A model generated the notes under the pieces. It was not told where the DNA came from and ran no database searches. It saw nothing but the letters and a program-made list of their open reading frames with translations. Shown piece after piece: positions 21,410 through 32,200 of a stretch of 64,000 nt of DNA; within the stretch, counting starts at the first letter, position 1, and every line of letters starts with the position of its first letter. This stretch comes from Ranitomeya imitator (Eukaryota): contig NC_091290.1 in assembly GCF_032444005.1 (NCBI RefSeq), positions 113,584,001 to 113,648,000 of the forward strand, read 5' to 3'. The translations under genes and the position numbers were made by a program.

Positions 21410-22558
21410 GCTTGATGGCCGCATACAGTCTGATGGCCGCACACAGTGCCCGATGGCCGCACATGGTGTCTGATAGCCCCACACGGTGTCAGATGGCCGC
21501 ACACAGTGACTGACGGCCCCACACGGTGACTGACGGCCCCACACGGTGACTGACAGCCACACACGGTGTCAGATGGCCGCACACAGTGACTGACGGCCCC
21601 ACACGGTGTCAGATGGCTGCACACAGTGACTGACGGCCACACACACACGGTGACTGACGGCCACACAGGATGACTGACAGCCCCACACGGTGTCAGATGG
21701 CCGCACACAGTGTCTGACGGCCCCACACAGTGACTGACAGCACCACACGGTGTCAGATGGCCCCACACAGTGACTGACGGACACACAAGGAGTCAGACAG
21801 CCCCACACGGTGTCAGATGGCCCCACACGGTGATTGACGGCCACACACGGTGACTGACGGCCGCATACAGTGATTGATGGCCACAAAGGGTGACTGACGG
21901 CTACACACACAGGGTGACTGATGGCCACACAGTGATTGATGGCCACACAGGGTGACTGACGGCCACACACACACGGTGACTGATGGCCACACACACACGG
22001 TGACTGACGGCCACACACACACGGTGACTGACAGCCACACAGAGTGACTAGATGGCCGCATACAGTGATTGATGGCCACACACACACGGTGACTGACAGC
22101 CACACACGGAGACTGACGGCCACACACGGAGACTGACGGCTACACACGGTGACTGACGGCCACACACGGAGACTGACGGCCACACACGGAGACTGACGGC
22201 CACACACGGTGACTGACGGCCACACACGGAGACTGACGGCCACACACGGAGACTGACGGCCACACACGGAGACTGACGGCCACACACGGAGACTGACGGC
22301 CACACACGGAGACTGACGGCCACACACGGAGACTGACGGCCACACACGGTGACTGACGGCCACACACGGTGACTGACGGCCACACACGGAGACTGACGGC
22401 CACACACGGAGACTGACGGCCACACACGGAGACTGACGGCCACACACGGAGACTGACGGCCACACACGGAGACTGACGGCCACACACGGAGACTGCCGGT
22501 CACACACGGAGACTGACGGTCACACACGGTGACTGACGGCCACACACGGAGACTGACA
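21410..22558. repeat. About 20-bp minisatellite (CACACACGG[A/T]GACTGACGGC) in CNEP1R1 intron 1
   Basis: Degenerate variants at 21410-22080 and a homogeneous block at 22090-22558. Confidence 0.93.
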
Positions 22559-22814
22559 AACACCCTTTAGTTAGTTTATTATATAGATTTAGCAGAATGT
22601 CACAGACTGACACGTTTATTTTGCAGGATAACTAGTTTTAATAACCGCAAATTAAGCAGAAAATCCAAAGAAGTGAAAGCAGCAGTGCCCCACACTAAGC
22701 TTCCACCTCCACAGGTTTCCATGGTAACAGTCACACTCGCAGCGCTCCCCTGGGTGCACTACAAATACACGGCCGCCCCAGTCTCCACACACCCTGCGCC
22801 CCGCTAGTCCGCAC

Positions 22815-22839
22815 CTTCTGCCTGTTCCAGGGAATTCAT
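22815..22839 (-). CDS. CNEP1R1: CNEP1R1 coding exon 1 (MNSLEQAE)
   Basis: ATG AAT TCC CTG GAA CAG GCA GAA G|GTGCGG; matches the recalled N-terminus. Confidence 0.95.
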
Positions 22840-22844
22840 GTCTG

Positions 22845-23095
22845 CCTCACTTCCCGTATTCTTGCCCCTTCATGAAACCCTCATGTAACCGCCTCAGTGA
22901 TTGGTCTACGCTCACCAGCCCATTCATCTGATTGGCTGCAGCTGCTCCGCCCAGCTAGAGCCTCCCGTACGTGTTGTCACGATGACGTCATACGTGCGCT
23001 GCCTTTTACTCAAACGTGTCGAACATCCTTCGCGCCTGTGATTGGACAAGACGGCTGCCCGTCTTTCCCGGAGGAGACTCGTGATTGGCTGCAAT
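22845..23095. promoter_or_regulatory. Probable bidirectional promoter between CNEP1R1 and TIPRL
   Basis: Four co-oriented ATTGG (CCAAT) boxes at 22900, 22931, 23041 and 23084; palindromic CRE TGACGTCA at 22983-22990; ETS-like ACTTCC near 22849; CpG-rich. Confidence 0.75.
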
Positions 23096-23258
23096 GTATG
23101 GAGGCGGGATATCGTGCAGGAAAGGAGGACAGCGGTGCTGATGGTCAGTATGGAGATGTTGTGGCAGGCCGTAACCGGGGCGCGCCGGGAATGTCTCCGC
23201 GTGGCGCCTGCGTGCGGTTCATGAGGCCCTGTGTTCACACTGCGCTTATACAGCCGCG
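23096..23258 (+). other. TIPRL: Putative first (leader) exon of TIPRL; start approximate
   Basis: Lies just downstream of the CCAAT cluster and ends at CG|GTATGT. A matching acceptor lies at 26367/26368. Inferred, no transcript evidence. Confidence 0.5.
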
Positions 23259-23493
23259 GTATGTGTGCGGTACGGCTGCTCTGTGACGGTACAGCGTCCC
23301 TCTGTCTCTGTGCAGCACACTCTCCTGTACTTGGCTTAGATTCTGCCTTCCCTTATTTAAAGGGACAGGACCCCATATTGCTGCATTGGTGTGATCCCTT
23401 AAAGGGATATCCACAGATTGTGACCACATTCTGCCCCTGCAGTCAGCGCAGAGTTTCTAGTCGGACCCCACTACTATCATTGGCTTATCTTAA

Positions 23494-25680
23494 AGTGCAT
23501 CCCGGGGGCGAGGGTGCGAGAGTGCATCCCGGGGGCGAGGGTGCCAGAGTGCATCCCGGGGGCGAGGGTGCCGGAGTGCATCCCGGTGGCGGAGTGCATC
23601 CCGGGGCGAGGGTGCCGGAGTGCATCCCGGTGGCGGAGTGCATCCCGGGGGCGAGGGTGCCGGAGTGCATCCCGGTGGCGGAGTGCATCCCGGGGGCGAG
23701 GGTGCCGGAGTGCATCCCGGGGGCGAGGGTGCCGGAGTGCATCCCGGGGGCGAGGGTGCCGGAGTGCATCCCGGGGGCGAGGATGCCGGAGTGCATCCCG
23801 GTGGCGGAGTGCATCCCGGGGGCGAGGGTGCCGGAGTGCATCCCGGTGGCGGAGTGCATCCCGGGGGCGAGGGTGCCGGAGGGCATCCCGGGGGCGAGGG
23901 TGCCGGAGCGCATCCCGGGGGCGAGGGTGCCGGAGCGCATCCCGGGGGCGAGGATGCCGGAGCGCATCCCGGGGGCGAGGGTGCCGGAGCGCATCCCGGG
24001 GCGAGGGTGCCGGAGCGCATCCCGGGGGCGAGGGTGCCGGAGTGCATCCCGGGGGCGACGGTGCCAGAGTGCATCCCGGGGGCGAGGGTGCCGGAGTGCA
24101 TCCCGGGGCGAGGGTGCCGGAGTGCATCCCGGTGGCGGAGTGCATCCCGGGGGCGAGGGTGCCGGAGTGCATCCCGGTGGCGGAGTGCATCCCGGGGGCG
24201 AGGGTGCCGGAGTGCATCCCGGTGGCGGAGTGCATCCCGGGGGCGAGGGTGCCGGAGTGCATCCCGGTGGCGGAGTGCATCCCGGGGGCGAGGGTGCCGG
24301 AGTGCATCCCGGTGGCGGAGTGCATCCCGGGGGCGAGGGTGCCGGAGTGCATCCCGGTGGCGGAGTGCATCCCGGGGGCGAGGGTGCCGGAGCGCATCCC
24401 GGGGGCGAGGGTGCCGGAGCGCATCCCGGGGCGAGGGTGCCGGAGCGCATCCCGGGGGCGAGGGTGCCGGAGCGCATCCCGGGGGCGACGGTGCCAGAGT
24501 GCATCCCGGGGGCGAGGGTGCCGGAGTGCATCCCGGTGGCGGAGTGCATCCCGGGGCGAGGGTGCCGGAGTGCATCCCGGGGGCGAGGGTGCCGGAGTGC
24601 ATCCCGGTGGCGGAGTGCATCCCGGGGGCGAGGGTGCCGGAGTGCATCCCGGTGGCGGAGTGCATCCCGGGGGCGAGGGTGCCGGAGTGCATCCCGGTGG
24701 CGGAGTGCATCCCGGGGGCGAGGGTGCCGGAGTGCATCCCGGTGGCGGAGTGCATCCCGGGGGCGAGGGTGCCGGAGTGCATCCCGGTGGCGGAGTGCAT
24801 CCCGGGGGCGAGGGTGCCGGAGCGCATCCCGGGGGCGAGGGTGCCGGAGTGCATCCCGGGGGCGACGGTGCCAGAGTGCATCCCGGGGGCGAGGGTGCCG
24901 GAGTGCATCCCGGTGGCGGAGTGCATCCCGGGGCGACGGTGCCAGAGTGCATCCCGGGGGCGAGGGTGCCGGAGTGCATCCCGGTGGCGGAGTGCATCCC
25001 GGGGGCGAGGGTGCCGGAGTGCATCCCGGTGGCGGAGTGCATCCCGGGGCGACGGTGCCAGAGTGCATCCCGGGGGCGAGGGTGCCGGAGTGCATCCCGG
25101 TGGCGGAGTGCATCCCGGGGGCGAGGGTGCCGGAGTGCATCCCGGTGCCGGAGTGCATCCCGGGGGCGAGGGTGCCGGAGTGCATCCCGGGGGCGAGGGT
25201 GCCGGAGTGCATCCCGGGGGCGAGGGTGCCGGAGTGCATCCCGGGGGCGAGGGTGCCGGAGTGCATCCCGGGGGCGAGGGTGCCGGAGTGCATCCCGGGG
25301 GCGAGGGTGCCGGAGTGCATCCCGGGGGCGAGGGTGCCGGAGTGCATCCCGGGGGCGAGGGTCCCGGAGTGCATCCCGGGGGCGAGGGTCCCGGAGTGCA
25401 ACCCGGGGGCGAGGGTCCCGGAGTGCATCCCGGGGGCGAGGGTGCCGGAGTGCATCCCGGGGGCGAGGGTGCCGGAGTGCATCCCGGGGGCGAGGGTGCC
25501 GGAGTGCATCCCGGGGGCGAGGGTGCCGGAGTGCATCCCGGGGGCGAGGGTGCCGGAGTGCATCTCGGGGGCGAGGGTGCCGGAGTGCATCCCGGGGCGA
25601 GGGTGCCAAAGTGCAGCCTAGAACGAGCGTGCCAAAGTGCATCCCGGGGCGAGGGTGCCAGAGTCCAGCCCGGGGCGAGC
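23494..25680. repeat. GC/CpG-rich compound satellite of 27-bp (GAGTGCATCCCGGGGGCGAGGGTGCCG) and 18-bp (GAGTGCATCCCGGTGGCG) units
   Basis: About 2.2 kb of interleaved units; fills most of the putative TIPRL leader intron. Confidence 0.97.
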
Positions 25681-26386
25681 CGCAGGGTTTTACGGTCATG
25701 TGTGGATGTACGTTATTCCCATGTTTGTAGATAGGTATTGTTGAATACTTATTTTCAGAACAAGCACTTTTCCAATTTACAGTGTATTAAACTTTTAGCC
25801 ATTCATGAGAAAACACAACTGTTTACGGCTTGTTGCCTAGGTGACTGACCACTGCTGCTAGTCACAGAATATGCTCAGTGCTTCCAGGCTTTTCTCTATT
25901 GAGACTGTAAGCGCTGGCAGGATCACAGGCTTGCGCTGGTATCTCGTAACCCCAGCCAGCTTCAGAGCGGTTCTTAAAAACAAAACAGCAGTGGTGGTCG
26001 GTCTCCTAGGCAACAAGATGTAAGCAAAAGAAAAGCATTAATTTCTCCGGAACGGCTGCACCTTTTAATAAGCAGTAAATTGCAGAAGTGCTTGTTTTTA
26101 GAAGCAATATCCATCAATGAAGTTGGTAATAATCCTTTTAAGGGAAAAATTAAGGCCGCTCCATTCATCAGATGCGAGTCCACATCGCTGATCATTACTG
26201 CCCGTCTTAGGGCACAGTATACAGTGTCTTGTGGATTTTAGCTCCTTCATGTGGTGCCTTGGTCTCCTACAAAGGTGCATTTTATGTCTATTTATTTTAC
26301 CCCTGATCTTGTTGATGCATTGTCCAGCTGCACGTCTTCTAACAGAACCTCCTTTCTCTGTCTTCAGACCCTGACCGGTTCCAGCT

Positions 26387-27211
26387 ATGATGATTCACGG
26401 ATTCAAAAGTAGCAATCAAGACTTCAGTTTTGGACCATGGAAAGTCACGGCCATCAAAACGCATATTATGAAGTCGGCCGATGTGGAGAAACTAGCTGAA
26501 GAAATGAACATGCCCTGTCTTCCCGAAATGATGTTTGGGGACAACGTCTTAAGGATCCAACACTCCTCCGGCTTTGGGATTGAGTTCACGGCTAAGGATG
26601 GACTGAGAAGGGTGAATAAGAACAAGGGAATGGTCAAAGTCGCCTGTGCTGAGGAATGGCAGGAAAGTCGGTCAGACAGCGAGCACAGCAAAGAAATCGT
26701 GAAGCCCTATGACTGGACATATACCACCGATTACAAGGGCACCTTGCTGGGTCACGACCTGACATTTAATACCGTTCCTACCACCGAACGGATTAATACG
26801 GAAAAACTGAAGGCAAGGGAGCAGATCATGTTTTTCGAGGAAGTGCTGCTGTTTGAAGACGAACTCCACGACCACGGGGTGTCTAGCCTGAGTGTGAAGA
26901 TCAGAGTCATGCCTTCCGGCTTTTTTCTCCTCCTGAGGTTCTTCCTCAGGGTGGACGGCGTCCTCATCCGAATGAACGACACTCGTCTTTACCACGAGTC
27001 TGACAAGACGTTCATGCTGAGAGAATACACGTCGAGGGAAAGTAAAATCAGCAACCTAAGTCACGTCCCCCCGCCGCTCTACACCGAGCCTAATGAAATC
27101 TCTCAGTACTTGCCCATTACGGAAACCATTTACGAAAAGTTAGAATTTCCATCGTTGCAACAGACAGAATTGGGTGACTCTCCCGGTCCCGTAAGCCAAG
27201 CGGCATCATAA
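26387..27211 (+). CDS. TIPRL: TIP41-like protein (PP2A/PP4/PP6 regulator), single coding exon, 274 aa
   Basis: MMIHGF...FGPWK...LPEMMFGDN...[13 protein letters not shown]...[16 protein letters not shown]...[20 protein letters not shown] is the TIP41 family signature. ORF uninterrupted; acceptor CCTTTCTCTGTCTTCAG 19 nt upstream of the ATG; AATAAA at 27758. Confidence 0.97.
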   Translation: MMIHGFKSSNQDFSFGPWKVTAIKTHIMKSADVEKLAEEMNMPCLPEMMFGDNVLRIQHSSGFGIEFTAKDGLRRVNKNKGMVKVACAEEWQESRSDSEHSKEIVKPYDWTYTTDYKGTLLGHDLTFNTVPTTERINTEKLKAREQIMFFEEVLLFEDELHDHGVSSLSVKIRVMPSGFFLLLRFFLRVDGVLIRMNDTRLYHESDKTFMLREYTSRESKISNLSHVPPPLYTEPNEISQYLPITETIYEKLEFPSLQQTELGDSPGPVSQAAS

Positions 27212-28028
27212 GATGGTCTTCAGCAGAAGATACAGACGTAGAAATCCGGAAATGAACCATCGGCGTGCCACGAACCGTCGTCATATGGAAACTGCACGGC
27301 GCACCCTTGCTACGTATGTCGTGTAGGCGTGAAACAATAACCCTCGTAAGATGCCGATGCGGTAACGTTGCCGTATGCTACATCTGTATGCGATCACAAT
27401 CGTTCACTGTGAATATTCTCGCCCCACAAAACATTACACACGGGTGATGCGTGTCTTACATGGGTTTCACCAACACGAGATGCCTTAGTTTGTCTCTGTA
27501 TTTTCATGAGCCGTCCACTCATGATGGAAATATTCTGTGGGTTTGCTGTCCCGTTCCATGATCGACTCCAAGCCGGTCATATAGAAGGCCTCAGAAAACG
27601 GCGTGAGCGAGCGTACCTGTCTCCACTTATTACATATCTGCGGACTTGTACTCAGGAGCTAAGTCCTCCCCCCAAAATCCATCGGGCGCTCACTCCGAAC
27701 CATCATAAAGTATCACACGTAGCCCTTATGCCCCTCTAGAGTTCGTAAAGGTAATTTAATAAAAAAAATTGTGAAAATTGTTGGTATGTGTCTAGGTTTT
27801 TGGTATGTGTCCTATGCCCACTATATTTCCCGATCTATTTCCCTACATGTGCATGTATTTCGGGCTAAAAATCATTTTTGCAATTAGTTTTCATTGAAAA
27901 TGTTGCACCATTTTGCTTTCACGGGCTCTTTGTTTCTCTACGTAATCAACTTTAATATGTTCTGTGGTCATAAATCAGCAGAGAGGAGCTCAGAAAAGAC
28001 AGATAAGAGTGTTGTAGCAAGAATTTAC

Positions 28029-28311
28029 TAGAGATGAGCAGATCGTTTTGTAGGACTTTGATCCAGCGTTCAGGTCTGTGGTATCTGGCGGCTATACAGG
28101 AGACCCCCAAATCACGTACCTTCTGGTTTGATTTGTTGGGGCTGATACAGCATCATCAGTATAACGTGACGCACGGATGACGTCACACCAGCCCTGGCTA
28201 ATCAAACGCCTAGCTGGAAAGTAAGAGATCCGCGGGTCTCCAGTCTAGCCGCCATGGACCACTGACCTGGACGCTGGAGCAGAGTCTTGCAAATCGATCC
28301 GCTCATCTCTA
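28029..28311. mobile_element. hAT-type MITE
   Basis: TIRs TAGAGATGAGCAGATCG / CGATCCGCTCATCTCTA; exact 8-bp TSD GAATTTAC. Confidence 0.9.
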
Positions 28312-29279
28312 GAATTTACCACTTTTAGTAAAACCTTGATGGGTAATACGTGGTAAATTGGTGGAGTTGCCACAACAAATCGTTCTGAATCCACTGAATG
28401 AATGAAGTAACGAGGAATGTGGCCACCATACTTTTTACGGTCTGTGGTGCCAAGTACAGTGCTACTTCACGCGTGGGTCAGACCCTCAGTGGACCCATGA
28501 AGGTCTATAACAAATCTTCACTACACCTATGTGGGCCTTGAGCCCCACATTTATGCATTCAGGAAGAAATGAAGACGAATAGAATGAGTGTACATGATCA
28601 AAGTCTACGAGGCTGATGGAAACGCCACTTAAAATGCCTCTACTCTGCAGATAATGAGGAGGAACCGGGCGGCTTAGAACCCCTCCTAAGTGACTGATGA
28701 CATTTATCACTGTCTTTTGGGTACGTAATAAATGTACACTTTAAAAGGGTTTCTAGGTTGGAAAGCAATCCGGTAGTAACCACGGAATACCGAATCATGA
28801 CAGTGTGCAATGCAATCACTGTCACGATCCCCAAGTACTTGCAGAGCTAGTGGGTGGTTACTTTACCACTTGTATGTGATATGATATGGTCATGTGTCGA
28901 CCAGACTCTCCTCTGCTTCTCACCGTGTTGTATCGAGAATACTGGGTAAGAATATAGTCGGCAAGTGAACAAAGTATGCAATTTACAGACACGGTCACAT
29001 GATGCAAACACAGGGGAATCATGTCAGTGTGCACATTCTGCACTTTCGCAATTTGCAGTCACATTGAGTGATTGCAGAACATTTAGTCCAGAAATACTCT
29101 GTAAAAGTGTCCATAGGGCTGTACTGACTTGTCCTTTTGGCATATGTCCGGCCAGTATAGGTTAGTATACGACTGATCAAAATGGTATGCAGTTGCGTCT
29201 GAGACTTTACTATTTTATCCTGTGGAGTCTATTAAAAAATAAAGTCTACCATAAGAAAAAAAAAAAAGTAAGTGTGTGT

Positions 29280-32200
29280 ATATAGATATGCTCAGTCAGC
29301 TGCTCAAAGAGGTAGTCACAGGGACGCTTTCAGATTACGCTTTCCACTGATTTATTAAAAAATGTGCTGCATAAACCAGTCCAACATTAGCTAAAATATA
29401 CACGGCGTAATGGAAAAACAAGAAAACAAAATGGCGTTTAGTACAGTGTGTGTGGCTGTGGGGTGCACCAGCTCAGGAACTAAAAAAACAAGGTTCAGCT
29501 CTCTTTATCATGAGCACAGCTCTGGCGATCTCTATAGACATGGAGTCCAAAGGATTCACATATACATTCACCCTGGGGTGGAGATATGGTGAACAGCCTC
29601 CCACCCACTCTTCAGATGTTCACCAATACCTAGCCCTATTATGGCCGATTAACCCCTCTCAGCACATAACATGCTAGAGCATACTTCTGGGTTCATATGA
29701 CTGAGGTTAACATCCTCAGTGATACATCTCTCTTCCAGTATTTTACCAGTGAAGTTCACACGCCCCTCTGTCCAAAGCCGCGGGTTTTGGCACTATCAGT
29801 CACTAGATCGGGAAGGCTTCACAGGTCATCTGCGTTATCGTGTAGTTTCCCGGGCCTATGAGCCACTTAGTAGCTGAAGTACTGGAGCGCTAGGGCCCTC
29901 TAGACACCCCGGCATTCTTCCTCTTACTTCAACAGTCAGTGTAGAGAAAGCTGTCTTCTCCTTGGCACTTTGGGACATGAGAATTTGCCAGTATCCTTTT
30001 GTTAGGTCATGGGTGATGTATCTGACTGACCCGGGGCATCGGATATGCATCAAACTTGGACACCTTATTCAGCTTCCTATAACCATTACAAAAACAACCA
30101 TCCTCCACTGGGTTTTAGGGAAAGGACAATGGGGCTGGACCAGCTGCGTCCTGATTCCTCAATGATGCCCAACCTCAACATTTTTCTCACCTCTTTCTAA
30201 ATCGCCTTGCGATGGGCTTCGTGGATTCGATATGGCTTTAGGTTTACCTGCACATGCGGTTCTTGCTCCACAACCTGCGTACATCCCGGCAACTCTGAAA
30301 ACAGGTCTGGATTCCGCTGAAGTAGTTCTTGGCATTGTTGTTTCTGGGTTGGTGATAACGCCTCTGCCACTGTGACATCCATTGTTCCAGCGATTTACAA
30401 TGTGATAAGCTTTCAAAACCTCCCTCTCCCTCATCCCCACCACTATTGCGCTACTGTGACATCCTGACCCTGGCTTCAGGATTGGCCCACATGCACGTAG
30501 CTTCCACCGCTTTCATGTCTCGCCAAGGCTTAAGAAGGTGATGTGGTAATTTATGTTATGGTGATGTGGTAGATGGAGATGTGTTCTCCCATAATAGGCC
30601 AGCCCCTCTTGTTCAAACCACACTTGGACGCTGAAGCATAAGAAGTGCACAAAATGGCCGTTGTACACCGCAGAACCCACTCCCCTGCATCCATGTTTTT
30701 TTACCAGACCATAGAGTGCTTATCTCTTCATCGCTCCACTTGAATTCTTCAGGTTGACGTGGTACACCTGGTAGGGCTTTCTTCTTCCTCTCTGGTGGAA
30801 CTTGTAGTTAACATCACCCAGCTTTTCAACCACTTCATATCACTCCTGTCACTTGGCTGCAAATTTACGTTTGACACTGAGAATCGGTCTAAGGGCTCAT
30901 ACTTGCGAGAAACTCGGATGAGTCTCGCATGGCAATACCCGGAACTGCACCCGACACTCAGGAGCGGAGCGTGCGGGTGCATGTATTGCTATGCGGCCGC
31001 ACACTCTGATCTGAGTGCCGTCAGCAGCGCCAGGTATAAACATGCGAGACTCATCCGAGTTTCTCGCAAGTGAGTATGAACCCTATCATCTACTTTCCAG
31101 GTCTCCTTTGCAGTATCCAGAAGTCCCCAAGGGTGCTTGTTGGAGCCAACATGGACGGTTGATGTATTATAAGAGCAATGAACATTCCTTGAACTCTACA
31201 TAACAGCTAAAATCTACATCAAAGCAATAGACCATTAGCTGTAAATTGTGGTCACACAAGTTCCTGGGGTGTGAAGTCCTGTGTTATTTTAATAGAATAA
31301 AGAGAATCTACATTGTAGATGGACATTGTGTCTCCAACCTCTTGGAGGATGCATAACAGCAGAGACGGGAGTAGGCAATCCCAGTCTCGGCCATCCTTCT
31401 CCCACTACCTTCTTGAGCATTGAAATTGTGGTTTTGTTGAACCTCTCCACCAAGCCTTCCATCTGCGGATAGTACATGGATGTCCTGAGTTGTGTAATCT
31501 GGAGGGCCTTTCACAACTCTCTCATCACTTTAGACATGAAAGGAATTCCTTTGTCCATCAGGATCTCCTTTGGCAGGCCCGTCCATGAAAAAATATAGAC
31601 TAGCTCTTGGGCTATACACCTGGCAGGTGAGTTTCTCAGTAGTATCACCTTCGGGTACAGTGTTGTGTAGTCCATGACCACCATGATATAGTGGTACCCT
31701 CTGAAGGAATTAATCAGGAGTCCGACAAGATCCATGGAAATGCAGTCAAATGGGACCTCTATAATGGGTATTGACACAAAGGGGACTACAAAAGTGAGAG
31801 ACTGGAGCAGTTAGCTGGGAGATGGGACATGACCTGCAAAAGTTAACAATCTCTCCGTGACATTCAGGCCAGTAGAACCTCTGAAGGATCTGCTCTAGGA
31901 TGTTGCCGATACCCACTCAGGACAAGAGAATTGGCCAGGTCGACCACCCTATGCCTATAGGGCCCCAGTACTAACAGTTGCTTTACCTACCCCATCAATT
32001 TAGTAACTCGCTATAGCAAGTCCTCATTTACCGCAAAGTATAGAAACCTGGTTTCGGACCCCGACTTTTGAGCAATCCCATTTAGAATAGTAACATCAAA
32101 CATCCCTTTTAATGTAAGATCCTTCATTTGAGGAGTCCCAAAATCCCGACACCGCCAATTCAGGAATGTTGGCCTCATGGGTCTCTGTCTCCTCATCATC

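Noticed and set aside
21358-22563. Repetitive Cys/Val-rich ORFs
   Set aside because: Minisatellite translations inside CNEP1R1 intron 1.
23231-25734. Six long ORFs (478-796 aa) on both strands
   Set aside because: All are translations of the 27/18-bp satellite, whose units lack stop codons; repetitive peptides in every frame.
27755-27770. A-run after the TIPRL AATAAA as a retroposition poly(A) scar
   Set aside because: The run overlaps the signal itself, is short, and no flanking TSD was found.
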